Source of the DNA: Octopus sinensis
Taxonomy: Eukaryota
Assembly (NCBI RefSeq): GCF_006345805.1
Contig: NC_043001.1
Location: 13,268,001 to 13,332,000 of the forward strand
DNA: 64,000 bases
Direction of reading: 5' to 3'
Positions 1-13,787 of this stretch are shown in pieces. A program made the translations under genes and the position numbers. How positions within the stretch are numbered: the first letter of the stretch is position 1; every line of letters starts with the position of its first letter. The notes beneath the pieces are model-generated. The model saw nothing but the letters and a program-made list of their open reading frames with translations, ran no database searches and was not told where the DNA came from.

Positions 1-350
1 ATTTAGACGTTGATTCACTCTAAACTTACCATCAACTGAATGTTACTCGGTTTCCCGAAAATCTGTCAGTTCACTTTAAATGCAATACGATGAAAGGTAT
101 TTTCTTTCATACCAAGAAAGAAATGCTATATACAACCATTCATAACTTTACATATCCCGACATTTAACAACTTGCCAAATAATTCAGACATCAATATGTT
201 ACTACGGAATAAAATATATACACTCTCCAATACAAGATAACAAGAAAAGTCATCATATGTCACAGCACAAATTGCTCGAAAGAGGGTCGATTATAAAACG
301 ATAAGTGCAAAACATTACAAGGTTGATCTAGCCGATATATATATATATAC

Positions 351-410
<60 letters not shown>

Positions 411-720
411 CACTTATGAAATCATTTAGGCAGGTTAATCCAATCAAGAATTAAAAACATCCCTGCTATTTTGGTTTCAATTTTTATCGACAAATGCAAA
501 TGTTAAATAACAATATATATCGTACCGGAAAGTTTCTGTATTACGCGCAATTTGGACGACCGACGCGTATACAAATGTAAAGGTAACCTTTCATAATTCA
601 TTATTTTGACATTTGTTTTGAATAAAATTTTAACACAACAATATTTATGTAATTATCATCCAAATACCGCTGGTTTCGTTATTATATTGATGATATATCG
701 TTATTATATTCGGATAGCAC

Positions 721-740
721 ACTAATTGACTGTTTTCCAG
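721..740 (+). promoter_or_regulatory. 3' splice site (branch point + pyrimidine tract + CAG) for a 5'UTR intron of the GPCR
   Basis: ACTAAT (721-726) ... TGTTTTCCAG ending at 740, 116 nt before the ATG; an alternative acceptor CATTCAG lies 7 nt downstream. Confidence 0.55.
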
Positions 741-856
741 CATTCAGAAAAAATATATGGCTACATAAATTTCAGAAAAATTTGACAAATAAGCCACTGA
801 GAAGACATTGGTTGATTTATTGATTGATTGGTTCTTTGCTTACCGTAACTATAACC

Positions 857-1957
857 ATGGATAACATGCTGAAATATAATGAATTTTTACAAAGGTTTAA
901 TTTATCCGAAGATTATTTTGAAGATAATAATTTCACCATTAAGATGGAATATGACTATACACAAAAATTACAATGGAAAATTGTGATAATATTTGTCTAC
1001 GTGCTAATCATGTTAATTGGAATTTTTGGAAACATAACTATAGCTTTAATAATAATGACTAACAAACAATTTCATTCAGTCACAAACATTTTCATTGCCA
1101 ACCTAGCTATCTCGGATATTGGCATGTGTATTTTTAATTTACCCTTTCAGCTTCATTATCAACTCAGCGACAACTGGGTATTTGGCAATATTATGTGTAC
1201 TGTATTTAATTCCTCTTTTGCTATCCCTATATACGATTCAACTATGTGTATTTTAATGATTGCAATTGATCGCTATATTCTAATTGTTTATCCTTTTAGA
1301 AAGCGGATGAGTAACAAAATGGCGCTTCGCTTAACGCTACTGATTGCCCTTCTGGCAATTGGTCCTGCTATTCCTATGGTGATATACAGTAAGCTTGTTG
1401 TATTGAATATACCAGCTATACAACTTGATAAAATACTATGCGGCGAAGAATGGCCTTCAGAAGTAATCAGGAGAGTTTACACAGTGTCTGTATTTCTGCT
1501 GCAGTTCTGCATTCCCATTATTGCTACTTCAATTCTCTACAGCCGTATCTATACTGTTTTGAAAAACAGGCCAGTGAAAAAAACTGAGCATAGACGAAGT
1601 CAGAGGACCAATCGGATTCTTGTATCTATAGTTACACTCTTTACAATATGCTGGCTTCCATGGAATATTTTCAGTCTTTTTGTTGAATTTGACCCCGATC
1701 TTGTGAAAGGGAAGTTTTTCAAAGTAACAGACTTGTTTCTTAAAAGTTTTGCCATGAGTTCTTCATGCATCAATCCTTTTCTCTATGGATGGCTAAATGA
1801 TAACTTCAAAAAAGAAATATGCTTATTATTTGATAACTCGAAAAAGAAATGGAATCGTCGAACTGGACACGCCCTCCTTGAACCAAAGCGAAATAATACA
1901 GAAACCCAACAAAATACTATTGTCATGAATACCATGTCACATGGAATCAATGTATGA
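857..1957 (+). CDS. Class A (rhodopsin-like) neuropeptide GPCR, NPY/PrRP/sNPF-receptor-like, ~366 aa, uninterrupted CDS
   Basis: Seven hydrophobic segments with GN (TM1, GIFGNIT), NLAISD (TM2), WVFG..MC (ECL1/TM3 Cys), IAIDRY, ECL2 Cys (ILCGEEW), CWLP (TM6) and NPFLY (TM7); N-glycosylation sequons NLS and NFT. The ORF track starts at a TTG (824); the first ATG is at 857 in strong ACCATGG context. The subfamily is assigned by recall, not by search. Confidence 0.93.
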   Translation: MDNMLKYNEFLQRFNLSEDYFEDNNFTIKMEYDYTQKLQWKIVIIFVYVLIMLIGIFGNITIALIIMTNKQFHSVTNIFIANLAISDIGMCIFNLPFQLHYQLSDNWVFGNIMCTVFNSSFAIPIYDSTMCILMIAIDRYILIVYPFRKRMSNKMALRLTLLIALLAIGPAIPMVIYSKLVVLNIPAIQLDKILCGEEWPSEVIRRVYTVSVFLLQFCIPIIATSILYSRIYTVLKNRPVKKTEHRRSQRTNRILVSIVTLFTICWLPWNIFSLFVEFDPDLVKGKFFKVTDLFLKSFAMSSSCINPFLYGWLNDNFKKEICLLFDNSKKKWNRRTGHALLEPKRNNTETQQNTIVMNTMSHGINV

Positions 1958-2886
1958 CATTCTAGAAATATCTTTCTCCTCCTCAGATTTTCCATGTTTA
2001 CATTGCTTTATGTATTACCATGTAAAATTCTTTTTTTTCTGAAATTTTAACAAAACAATTAGAATGTTGTCGTTATTACGTTATTGATGTTTATTACCGT
2101 GTAAAAGCACAAATATTTATGTATAATCTAATTTTTAACATTGATATATCGCATTTGACAATGTTGTTTCATAATATAAATCTCCTAATTAAGAATAATA
2201 TCAGATTGTATACACATTATATTGTGATATGTTTGTGTGTGTGTGTTTATGCATGTGTGTAAAAGTTGCATTAGATTCTTACTTATAACGGCAAACTACA
2301 TTTTCAAAATCATCTACACACAGAAAACTTTCCCAGTCTCCCACTTCGCTTGTAGTATATACATATATACGTGTGTGTGTGTGAGAGGGTATTAGAGAGA
2401 GAGAGAACATATGTATATATTGTTTCCTTGTTAAATCCCAGTACAAACGAACTTTATTAATCTGTAGGAACTTCTGAAATTAGAATCGTGTAAACACAAG
2501 TTCCTAGATGCCTCCTTCTTTTTATCCATCTGAGTATTGCATATGTGAAGGTTGGAGTGCTCAGTGTTAATGATATACTTCCGAAAATATAATTTGTTTT
2601 GTAATACAACGCTTTGATCAAATGAATACGAGTTTGCATAGCTCTCAGCTCCAGATATTTTGTATATTAGGTGCTGTACTGGTAGGAGAAAAGGACTGCC
2701 ATATAACAACGTGTATTATGTTTCGTTTCGTGTCTACGGTCTTATATGATGTTGTGCTGTGGTTAATGCTGCCTATCATACTTTCGAATTTACCTAAATG
2801 AAACCACCAGTCATGAAGGGAAGTCGATTTATTCAACTGTTCCTAAAGACCAAAATATTTCTTGTTTCTGAGCTTTCTTAGATCGC

Positions 2887-2913
<27 letters not shown>

Positions 2914-2917
<4 letters not shown>

Positions 2918-3078
2918 AAACACCCATGTTCCCAGAGGTGTATTATTCAATCCCCAAGGAATTCCTCTCAACACATGGCCATGATGCCCCCCCTCCTACT
3001 TCTCCTCGTGATCAGAGACGCACATATCGTCAGCCTCTAAGGGACATGCTCAACTGGTTACGGTCAAACAACTGACAA
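2914..3078 (-). mobile_element. Internal fragment of the ~556-bp (AAT)n-associated non-coding element
   Basis: Reverse complement matches internal parts of 48916-49471; flanked by ATT/AAT repeats. Confidence 0.75.
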
Positions 3079-3115
<37 letters not shown>

Positions 3116-3229
3116 TAATTCTTATTATTATTACAATTATTATTATTAATAATAATAATAATAATAATAATTGTAATAATAATAATAATTAGTGTTATTA
3201 TTATTATTACAATTATTATTATTATTATT

Positions 3230-3400
3230 AGGCGGCGAGCTAGCAGGATCGTTAGCAAGCCGGGCGAACTGCTTAGCGGCATTTCGTCTATCTTTACGTT
3301 TCGAGTTCAAATGCCGCCGGGGTCTACGTTGCCTTTCAACATTTTGGGGTCGATGAAACGTGTACCAGACACCATACCAAAATTTCATAGCTAATAGAAT
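3230..3400 (+). mobile_element. tRNA-derived SINE family B, 3'-truncated
   Basis: GGCGGCGAGCTAGCAGGATCGTTAGC head and GAGTTCAAATGCC B-box, matching other family B copies. Confidence 0.8.
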
Positions 3401-4087
3401 TTTTTATGTTAGGGCGATCCTTAGCGAGACGAAGAAAACACTTGGCTACATCAAGATCGACTCCACATTTCATTCTTTCGTGATCTACGAAAGCGATACT
3501 TCTACGACTGAAAGAAACGACTAAAGCCCTTTCCCTAAATATACTGGCTGTGTACACAAATTTGAAATCACAATTATTATTGCTATTGTTATTGTTTTTT
3601 TGTTTTGTTTAAGCCGTTGAGCCAACCAAATACTTAAACAATCAAATATATATCACTTGCCACGTTTGTTTCCGTTTCTTTGTTGTACACATTCCACCGA
3701 GGTCAGCTTAGACATTCATCTATTCAAAATCAATCAGATAAAATCAGTCAAATATTCTGTTCAATGGTGTAAACTAAATCTCTCCCAAACAAAATTTGAG
3801 GACTAGTGTCTACATTAGAAACGATAATAATATTATTGTTATTGTTATTGTTGTTGTTATTGTTGTTGTTGTTGTGATGGTGGTGGTGATTACGGTTCTT
3901 ATTATTGCCTATGCGACGGATGTTGTTATTTTTGTTTTTCGTTGATGCAGATCCTGTTACTGTTATTATACTTAACGTTAAGACTGTTAATTATTGATAT
4001 TTATTTCATTATTCTCATTATTATTATTATCGTTATTATCATCATTATTATTGTTATTCTTATTGTTGCTGTTGTTATTCGTGTTGT

Positions 4088-4279
4088 GAAGGTGGCAGGT
4101 CATACAAAACTGATACCAGCATTTCGTCCGACTTTACGTACTGAGTTCAAATTCCGCCTAGGTGTACATTACCTTTCGTCTTTCGAGGTCTATAAAATAC
4201 GTATCGGGTGAGCACTGTGGCCGATGGAGTCAACTTAGTCCTTCCCCGATATTGCTGGCTTTCTGCAAAAAATTGAAAG

Positions 4280-4285
<6 letters not shown>
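4088..4285 (+). mobile_element. SINE family B, degenerate, older-type tail
   Basis: GAGTTCAAATTCCGCC B-box; tail ...AAAATTGAAAGC followed by (ATT)n. Confidence 0.7.
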
Positions 4286-4346
<61 letters not shown>

Positions 4347-4685
4347 ATCGTGTTCACATTTCTGTGATGATCGTTGATCTTTACTGTTATCCCGAGTGTT
4401 GTTACACCAACCGTCATTGCACAGGTTCATTAGCATCGCAGTTTATTTTTCCATGAGGTGTGTTCATCCGACAGTCGTCAGAGCTAAATAATTTCTGGGA
4501 AAAAATAAAGCTGTACTAGATGTCTAATTGTAAAGAAGGAGAACGAGAGGGGGCAGCGAAGAAGGTACTGAAGAGAGAAATAAAAGCATGTATCGATTGT
4601 AAAACTTCATTTGTATATAATCTGTCGTCTTGAAATCAGTAAAGATACTGTTGAAATTTGGGAGATCTCAGAAAAACAGTATTCG

Positions 4686-4716
<31 letters not shown>

Positions 4717-4801
4717 CACACACACACACATACACACACACACACTCGACATTATAGAGACATGCAAAAACAAATATACATATATATGCATATATAGAAT
4801 T

Positions 4802-5042
4802 AAGGCGGCGTGCTGGCAGACTCGTTAGTGCGCCGGGCGAAATGCTTAGCGGTATTTCGTCTGTCGTTACGTTCTGAGTTCAAATTCCGCCGAGGTCGAC
4901 TTTACCTTTCATCCTTTTGGGGTCGATAAATAAAGTACCAGTTTCGCACTGGGTGGGGGGGTCGATGTAATCGACTTAATCCATTTGTCTGTCCTTGTTT
5001 GTCCCCTCTATGTTTAGCCCCTTGTGGGCAATAAAGAAATAT
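4802..5042 (+). mobile_element. SINE family B, full monomer
   Basis: A-box-like TGGCAGACTCG, B-box GAGTTCAAATTCC, GGTCGAY x3 body, tail CCCCTTGTGGGCAATAAAGAAATA. Confidence 0.9.
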
Positions 5043-6016
5043 ATATAGAATTACACACACGCACAAACACACATTATCAGACACGCATACATATATACAT
5101 ATATATGTATAAAATAGTGTACATTTAAACAGGTGTATGAATAGATAGATAGATAGATAGATGCATGTGTTAGAATCTCCAAATGACACAGATATATTTA
5201 GAATTATTTAGCGCTGCATTATTAAGCAGATTAAGGTAAGGAGATGCCGATATACGAACCCAAATACGAGATGTTGTATTATCAGTGTTTATATTTTATT
5301 TTGGGAAACATTACTCTTATTAAACAGAACATGATCCAAGAGTTTGGAGTGAAACTGTTACTATACAGACCGTTCAGTTATGTAAGAGCTTAATATGTTT
5401 CTCCCTGTCTTATATTATGTAATTCTTGCCATCGTTAATACAAAGACAAAAGAAGCGTTTATGTGACTGGATAATGGGGAAATAAAATTTGGATCGGAGA
5501 CCTAGCAAGATCCCTAGCAAAATAATGGTTTCTGCAAAAACAGAAAACTGAAACACCGGAAAGATATCGGATTATGTTCATTCGAGTGACCATTGACTCG
5601 AGAAAATATGGTCCATTTCACTGTCTTCAAAAAAAAGAAAACCCATTAATCTTTTAAAATTTACTCGCCAGCGATTCAATGATAAGATACGAAGAAAAAT
5701 GTTTCTTCCAGTTTAAGTAGAATGGTGAGGAATATTAAACTACTAAACAGAACTATTTCGCCATCCGTACTTGCATTCATAGAAAAAAAAAAAAACTAAT
5801 GGCTGTGAGCAGAGAAACAAACTCTAAAAAAGAATTAAAGAAAATGAAAAATCGTTTGACTTTAATAATCTATGAATCAAAATATCTTCATATAATCTTA
5901 GAGACTATTAATTAATTCGTTTCGATTAAACTTTTAAAGAAATAGCCTAATAAATTCACCAAAAAAGAATTTTCAACACATCATTTCGTACACGCTTGTA
6001 TAAAAAAAAATGTTAA

Positions 6017-6168
6017 AGGCGTAGGAGTGGCAATGTGGTAAGTGGCTTTCTTACGAACCACATGCTTCCGGGTGCAGTGCTACTGCATGGCACCTTGGGC
6101 AAGTGTCTTCTACTATAGCTTCGAACCGACCAAACCTTGTGAGTGGATTTGGCAGACAGAAACTGGTA
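6017..6168 (+). mobile_element. SINE family A 5' half, directly followed by family B
   Basis: GGCGTAGGAGTGGC..GTGGTAAG head and CORE-like CCTTGGGCAAGT; stops at GAAACTG where family B begins. Confidence 0.85.
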
Positions 6169-6598
6169 GGCGGCTAGCTGGCAGAAACGTTAGCACCCCG
6201 GGCAAAATGCTTAGCGGTATTTCGTCTGCCGTTACGTTCTGAGTTCAAATTCCGCCGAGGTCGACTTTGCCTTTCATCCTTTCGAGGGTCGATAAATTAA
6301 GTACCAGTTACGCACTGGGGTCGATATAATCGACTTAATCCGTTTGTCTGTCCTTGTTTGTCCTCTCTAAGTTTAGCCGCTTGTGGGTAGTAAAGAAATA
6401 CTAGTAGTATTTTGTCTGTCTTTATGTCCTGGGTTCAAATTCTGCCGAGGTCGACTTTGCCTTTCATCCTTTCGGGGTCGATAAATAAAGTACCAGTTAC
6501 GCACTGGTGTCGATTAATCGGCTTAATCCGTTTGTCTATCCTTGTTTTTCCTCTCCGTGTTTGGCCCCTTGTGGGTAGTAAAGAAACAGGTATTTGTA
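6169..6598 (+). mobile_element. SINE family B with tandem body units (head + 2 units + start of a third)
   Basis: The ~185-bp unit GGTATTTCGTC...AAAGAAAYA occurs twice. Confidence 0.9.
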
Positions 6599-6880
6599 TA
6601 ACCAAAATATATATTGAGACACTGTTACACATGCTTGAAAACACACCAACACTGCAGACATTCACCAGTCTATATTTGTCATATTCTACCAAGAGGATGG
6701 ACTTGTTTCATGTTACCAGACACTTATCGTGCCACCAGCCATGAGGTTTGTATATGTGTTGTTACAAGTGACAGAACCATTACGAAATTATTCCGGGAGG
6801 TTTAGGAGTCGTCTGCGGTATTGTCAGCAGCAAAAGTATTTATATATTTTGTAGATAATTATAAGGAAAAATATGACACA

Positions 6881-7757
6881 TACAAAGGGTACCCAAATGC
6901 AACCGGAAACTTTCTCTATGGGACAAAGCCTTTGTAGTTTAGGTTTCCGCCGCAAGAAATAAAATGATGCAACCCTCAGCATCAGTCTGCCGGTCGGCAG
7001 CGTCCACGGAACTCGTACTTCCATGTGGTGCGTTTTTAGTTTGCAGTGCTTCTCCCCTGCTCGTCGATTTTCGCGAAGGCTGAAACGAAGGAACAAAGCG
7101 CTTCCATGAAATTCTTTTTTCCGCTGGGGTAACCGGCGGCCGAAACAATTGTCCTGCTTCAAAGTAGCTTACAAACACGATGCCATACGCCAAACACAGG
7201 CTTACGAATAGTTCTCCTATTTTAGAAATGGTCACTTGTCGCATGAAGACCAACTTCTTTCAGGACGACCGTCAACCTCCCGAGCGAATGGAAAGCGTCG
7301 TCACCAAACAATTAACGAATTCGCTGATTTGACTGGCGTGCCCTGGAATTCCTACCGACGAATTTTATGCGAGGAATAGCGAATGAATAGAGTTACTCAA
7401 AATTTGCTCCTCGCTTGTTCACGGAAGATCAAAAGTAGTCACGACTGAATGCGTGTAGTGAATTGAAAGTACAGTTAGAATTTGTTCCGGACCTTTTTTT
7501 TGGAAGGTCATCGCTGGTGACGAAAATTGGAACTACAGAATTTGCAGATGTAGAAGAGGAAAAGAAGAAAGTGACGAAGGCGTTGAAAGACATTATTTCA
7601 CAAGATTTCCAGCACTGCTTCGAAAAGTGTTAAACGCAACTGGACCGACGCATTGCTTCAAACGGAGAATACTTTGAAGGCAATAAAAGTGTAAACCTGT
7701 AAAACTAAATGAATAAAATAATAGTGCAAAATTCCGGTTTCTTTAGATGTCATTCGA
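6881..7757 (+). mobile_element. Mariner DNA transposon remnant with large internal deletion
   Basis: Degenerate transposase: EQSASMKFFF.. (from 7091), SGRPSTSR, KFAPRLFTEDQK, KVIAGDE (GDE 7516-7524), then a jump to the C-terminal FADVEE...IASNGEYFEG. Imperfect TIRs at 6881-6912 and 7727-7757 share AACCGGAA. Confidence 0.85.
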
Positions 7758-9547
7758 AGATCAATTACTAATGGTAGTAAAAGTATGAGAAAACGTATTA
7801 ATTTTGGGGTTGGAATAAAATATTGTGAGCAAAATATACATTAGAAAGAAGCCCTAAAATTAATACTATAATGAATCTGTGTGATATTTCTTTCCATGTT
7901 CGACTAATCTATTTGGTATAAGTACATAATTCGAAATATTTGTCAGTTACATATCCATGTAGTGAGAAATTCTAATCTTATACATCAATAATTCATAGTA
8001 CAATTGAATTTCTTTAATGTGCAACCATTTTCACAGATATCCTTGTATTATATTTTTGTCACATTAATATACGGCGTGTATTGAACTTTCATGTTCCACT
8101 TCATCTAAATATCTTTTTGTCAACGTTAGTCTTTTCTGAAAGATATTTTACTTTTGAAGATATCCAACTTCCAATGCAGAAACTTACATGACTGTTGGTG
8201 CTCCATTTACATTAATTGATTCCTGCTTCATATGCTATCCATTCCACTTTGTTTGATACGTTGAACACGAAGTGCAACGATATGGCTGCATGAGTAGTCA
8301 GCCACAGTTAATATTGTTAACTTACGTGTTAAGACGGTATTAAGCTTTCTTTGTAACTGCTTCTAAAGTTTAGAATCTTATCGTTAAGTAAATCTAATTA
8401 GTGAAGACTAATGTCTAAATTCTTACCGTATTAATGGTTGTTAATAAAGTACAGATAGTTAGAATTCATTTTTCTGTGGGCCTATTCTTCCTATCAAATC
8501 GCAGAATGCTAGGTATGTACACTTTATCTCAGAAAGTTACAGGTTGTTTCAGATATTCTAAAGGATTATAACGTAATATAAATTCGCATTGAATATATGT
8601 TTAATGTATTATTGGAATTCCATACAGATAATGTTTCTCTAGGATTACAAGTGAATGGCAGATTTTGATAAATTGCTCTATTAATTTTTCAATTTGTTTA
8701 TATGTTTGTAATTATCTCTGATAAATACAAATATATAACCAAGAACGTTAATTCCCTTATATTAGAAGTCACTCCTTTTGAGGCTGATTTGTATAGGTGT
8801 CCTATTTCCCACAAATGTTTACAGTGTGGCCGCTGGTGTATTTTGCGGTTAGGTGGACAACACCGCATAACTCACCAACTCATGGCTAAAATTATGTTAT
8901 TTAATGTGTGCGTGTATACACACCGACGAACGTAACACATCAGTTCACTATCGGCAGTTCACTGCGTAGGATGTCAACGATTTAACCATACTGTAATTCC
9001 CTAAAAAGGCGTAATTTTTTACATGTATAAATGAAATCTTTATCTTTATCGCTATGGAGACGATATTCAAATCGCAATACCATACCAAAATTAGAAGTTA
9101 TGCAAACTCGTCAAAATAGTTAAAACATAGCTACTGTCATAGAAACAGCGTAAATCTCAGAGTAAACTCGTTATTTCATGGAGCTAAATCTCATAAATAT
9201 TTAGCGAGAAAATATACGTTATGTAAATGTAACTAGAATTTAAGAAACAACATTGATGCCAAATATATTTACCAAATCTATTATTCCCAAATATTGTAAA
9301 GAAAATTTTAAAAATATAAAATATAAGACCAAAACTTGCACATGCGTGTAAACATTCATAAAACAAAGACTGTTTCTCGTGTATACAAATATAACTGTAT
9401 ATGTCTGCATGTGTGTGTGTGTGGACGAGCGTGTGATCTCCATTCACAACAGTAGCTGTCGAATACAAGTTCCAATACAAACCTCAACCGGATATATTCA
9501 TTGGCTCTCCGCTAAGTGTATGTGATATTGAAAAGACATACAATAGG

Positions 9548-9710
9548 GGCAGGAGTGGCTGTGTGGTAAGTAGCTTGCTAACCAACCACATGGTTGCGGG
9601 TTCAGTCCCACTGCGTGGCATCTTGGGTAAGTGTCTTCTGCTATAGCCCCGGGCCGACCAAAGCCTTGTGAGTGGATTTGGTAGACGGAAACTGAAAGAA
9701 GCCTGTCGTA

Positions 9711-9759
<49 letters not shown>

Positions 9760-9977
9760 TTGTGTGTCTGTGTTTGTCTCCCAAGCATCGCTTGACAACC
9801 GATGCTGGTGTGTCTACGTCCCCGCCACTTAGCGGTTCGGCAAAAGAGACCGATAGAATAAGTACTGGGCTTACACAGAATAAGTTCCGGGGTCGCGTTG
9901 CTCGACTAAAGGCGGTGCTCCAGCATGGCCACAGTCAAATGACTGAAACAAGTAAAAGAGTAAAGAGTAAAAGAGTA
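9548..9977 (+). mobile_element. SINE family A, full length (tRNA head, CORE-like motif, internal TA/TG repeat, CR1-type tail)
   Basis: A-box TGGCTGTGTGG, B-box GGTTCAGTCCC, tail GGCGGTGCTCCAGCATGGCCACAGTCAAATGACTGAAAC then (AGTAAAAG)n. Resembles the octopus tRNA-derived SINEs I recall. Confidence 0.92.
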
Positions 9978-12900
9978 ATTCTGTTACGTTCTTCAGGTGA
10001 GAATGCTTTAGTTATGTTTTATATATTTCTTTTGGTCTTTTGTTAATCTGATCTTAATGAAACAACATTGTCGGTGGTTGTTAATGTAACATAATTGATT
10101 TCTCTTTTGTTTGTAAATTTAACTTCCTGTATATATAAAAGTGTCATAACTTATATAAAATTGGTGATAAAAAAAAAGAGAACTAGATGACTAAACGACA
10201 ACATCGAGGAGGATTATGATGCTAATCCTGATGCTGAAATGGGGGGGAGGAGGAGGAAGAAAAGGAGGAAGATATTAACCATAAAGATTCATATAACGAT
10301 GGTGTCGTCGGTCTTTCGAGTTTAGTCTTCTATTACTTAGAATTGAGTGAAATTCACACCAATTGATATATTATAAATTTGATATTCATGACAATGACAA
10401 GTATATTGATGCATGTTGTAGTGGTGTTGATGATGATAATGGTGAAGAGGAGGGCGATAAGGCTGGTGATGATGAGGTGTATGCTGACGCTGTTAATTTG
10501 TTAATTAAAGAGATTAATATATTCACACGATATTCTAGAACAAATTTGCACTTTCTACATAATATCCATTAGGTACAGAGATCACAAAATAGATTTTGCT
10601 GCTTGTATTTCTTTTCTGGATGTTAATGTCATTGTTGAATATTTTGCGCAGAGTGTATTGCCGTAAAGCGAGGATCAATACAATTTAACATCTGCAACCA
10701 GATTTTCAAAGTGATAGCATGGCTTAAAAATGACACACACCCTCTTAATAAAATTTGACTGAAAGGTTGGTTTCCCCTTAGAAGAATATTGAACAATGAC
10801 GCCATTTAACGTCCATGTGAACATACAAGCCACGCATTGTTTTACAAAATATGAAAAGAATTTTTCTTGTAAAAATAAATTATGAAATTTGTATTCCATA
10901 TCTTTTGAAATATTTTTATTTGTTTTAAATTCTCTTTTAAGTACAATGAAAATTCAAATAAAGTTTCTCATCATTATGACAAGAAAGATAATTTGAAAAG
11001 TGTAGGAATTGATTGTTTTTCAATAGAACTTATAGGATACACTTTTATAGGCAGAAATAGGTAAACAATGGTTTTTGAAGTTCGACTGGCGACGCTGTAA
11101 TTTCACTTTCTATTCATTCTAGTCTATTTTGCTCTCGAAAATGAAAAAAATGCATTGATACATTTAGAAAGCTGCAACGAGAAGTCCCAGAAACAATATA
11201 ATATGGCACCTCCATGATATATTTAGGCGGATTTTGCACATTTTAAAACTTACTGTTTTAAAGTATCACTGATGCAGTTTGACAATTAGAAATACAAAAT
11301 AATTTGCGGTGTTAGATGAACCGAGATGTCAGCAGATCTCATCAGAAGTGAACTGTAACGACAAAAGGATTACGAGGTTAATATTTTAATCGAATGATTA
11401 TTGATCCTTCAGAAGTATTGGTACAGTAAATATGAGTTATGAAAAACATGTTTGATTTAAGTTATTTAATAAGCATTTTCTCCAATTACTGCGAAACGAA
11501 ACATTTTCTGACTAATATTATCGATGATTGTTTAAATGATTTCATAAATTACTTTCTTGAGAACAGCTTAGATGATATGCAATGACATTTTGGCCATCTT
11601 GTTTTTACCATGCTCTACATGTAAAACGACGCTCATACGAAAAAATATATTTCATCAATGATTGCTAAATGAAATAATTCTTACAATCATTTCCTTTTTA
11701 GCCATTCAGGCTCTTCGTAACAACATAATGTGATTTTATTTTTATTTCAGCCACTAAAAACAGCTAAAAGTAATATTAATGTAAAACAAATTAAAATGAA
11801 TAGTTATTTACAAACGAAACAACGTTACATAATCTCTGAAGACATATTCACAAAAGCAGATACATTAATACAATATACTTTTTCCATTTAATCTCCTATC
11901 TACTGCGATTTCTTAATATTTTCTGTTTATTAATTGAGCTATAAACTGTAAATACCTGAAGATATACAATTGGCTATTTGAATATATTGTGCGGACATTT
12001 TGGAAAATGAGGTCAAATTCAACTATTGCATCTATGAATGGGAAGCATTTAATTTGTATATTGAATTTATATGGGAAAAAGCAAAATTCTGTTTCCTTTA
12101 AAATAATATGTTCTTGAAAATTGAATAGAACATCATGTTCCAGATATAATATTTCAATGAATATTTCATTTAGATAATAACTGTTGAAACTGTCATAACA
12201 AAAATGTATACACATATGTATTGCCTATGTCTTTGATATGTATATTAATAAATTTTCATTGAAAAAGAGCGAAAAGCATAAAATATTCATATTTGTATGT
12301 GTGCGCGTGTGTGAGTGTATGTACGTATATCTGTATATAGATATATGTGCGTGTGCGTATATATGTACTGGTTTGTACTGGTTCTTCCAACAATAGATGA
12401 AAATATTCTGAAATAAAATAATAATACTTTGTTGAGTATAATCTCACCAACTATTCTGAACGTAATATTTATGTGTGCCACTTAATTCCTTCTTTAATAA
12501 TTTGAATCAATTGATTTCAAACCGACAACTTTTTTCTATAATTCCAAAGGTGCTCGCTGTTTATGTCAGAAAGTATATGGTGTGTTTATCATATGCATGC
12601 GTCTTTCAAATTTTTATTCAACACATATGGAATCTTACAACTGTTATATATGTGTTTTGAACATGAACTTTTATTTTACCTGAATTTATTTTACGAGTTA
12701 TCTCTCATAATTATTTAACATATGAAAGCATGTCTTTTTTTCCATTTAAATATTCTTCATTATGATTTCTTTTTATAGACTTATATCGCCCAGAGATCAG
12801 CAAATGAAATTAGGAATAAGATGCGATGTATAGTATGCTTGCATCATTCATATCATATGAAATATAAATTTCGATTCAACAGCCATGTCATTCATATTAA

Positions 12901-13752
12901 AACAAAGTCCAATCGCTTCATGATTCAAGGTTTAAAGCTTACTACTGATATCAGCTTCAGAAGTGTAAAGCTAGACTTAAAATTACTAATCATCAAAAAA
13001 AAAATCAATGTAAAAATGATAGATTCTGAATGTTTTTTCCGAAACCAAAACGAATATAGTGGTACTTTGTTCCTTAAATAAAAAGTTATTTCTTTTTTAA
13101 AATTATTTTTTGTTTATCGTAAATGCATTTTACAAATTTACAGAATGTATTTTAAATGTTATGTTTATAAAAAATATTTTTAAAATTTGGTAAGTTATAT
13201 TCAATTGCTGTCATTCATATTTTTTTTTCAATATGTACTTTTCTAAGAACCCTCTGTATTCATTCAGATTATTGTTTGAAAACATTTTCTTTGGAAACTA
13301 ACGATCATTGCAATGTACACAAAAATAGGTCTCTCATTTCCCCGGCATTCAATCACCAAGATTCAAAGGAATCTTGAAAACACGTTGCGAGGCATTTCTG
13401 TTGTATATGATGGTCATCAAAATTTATTTTTAATATTACTTTATCGAACACTACTTGTGAATATTAAATTGAAAGTGAAGATATTAGCCTAAATAATAGC
13501 GCCTTTCTTCATTTCTTTTCTAAAACTTACGTGCATACAAACACACACACAAATACATTAATGTTCGTTTTTGTATCGAATTTTATATCAAAAACCATTA
13601 AACATTAAACTGAAGGACTAGTTATTACGTTATACTATAGTAAATAAATGTTAACTGATAGCTTCGACCTTTTAACTTTCATCATATATATTCCCGTAAT
13701 ATGTTTCAATGCATACACACACAAACACATACACACACACACACACACACAT

Positions 13753-13787
<35 letters not shown>

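Noticed and set aside
824-856. N-terminal extension of the GPCR in the ORF track
   Set aside because: It begins at TTG; the first ATG (857) has ideal Kozak context.
9911-9950. SINE/LINE tail hairpin + GAAAC as a hammerhead half
   Set aside because: It is preceded by CATGGCC, not CTGANGA, and has no stem III; better explained as an RT-recognition stem-loop.
11955-12180. Open minus-strand frame bounded by AG and GT (possible exon)
   Set aside because: No recognisable protein motif; several such ORFs are expected by chance in this much AT-rich DNA.
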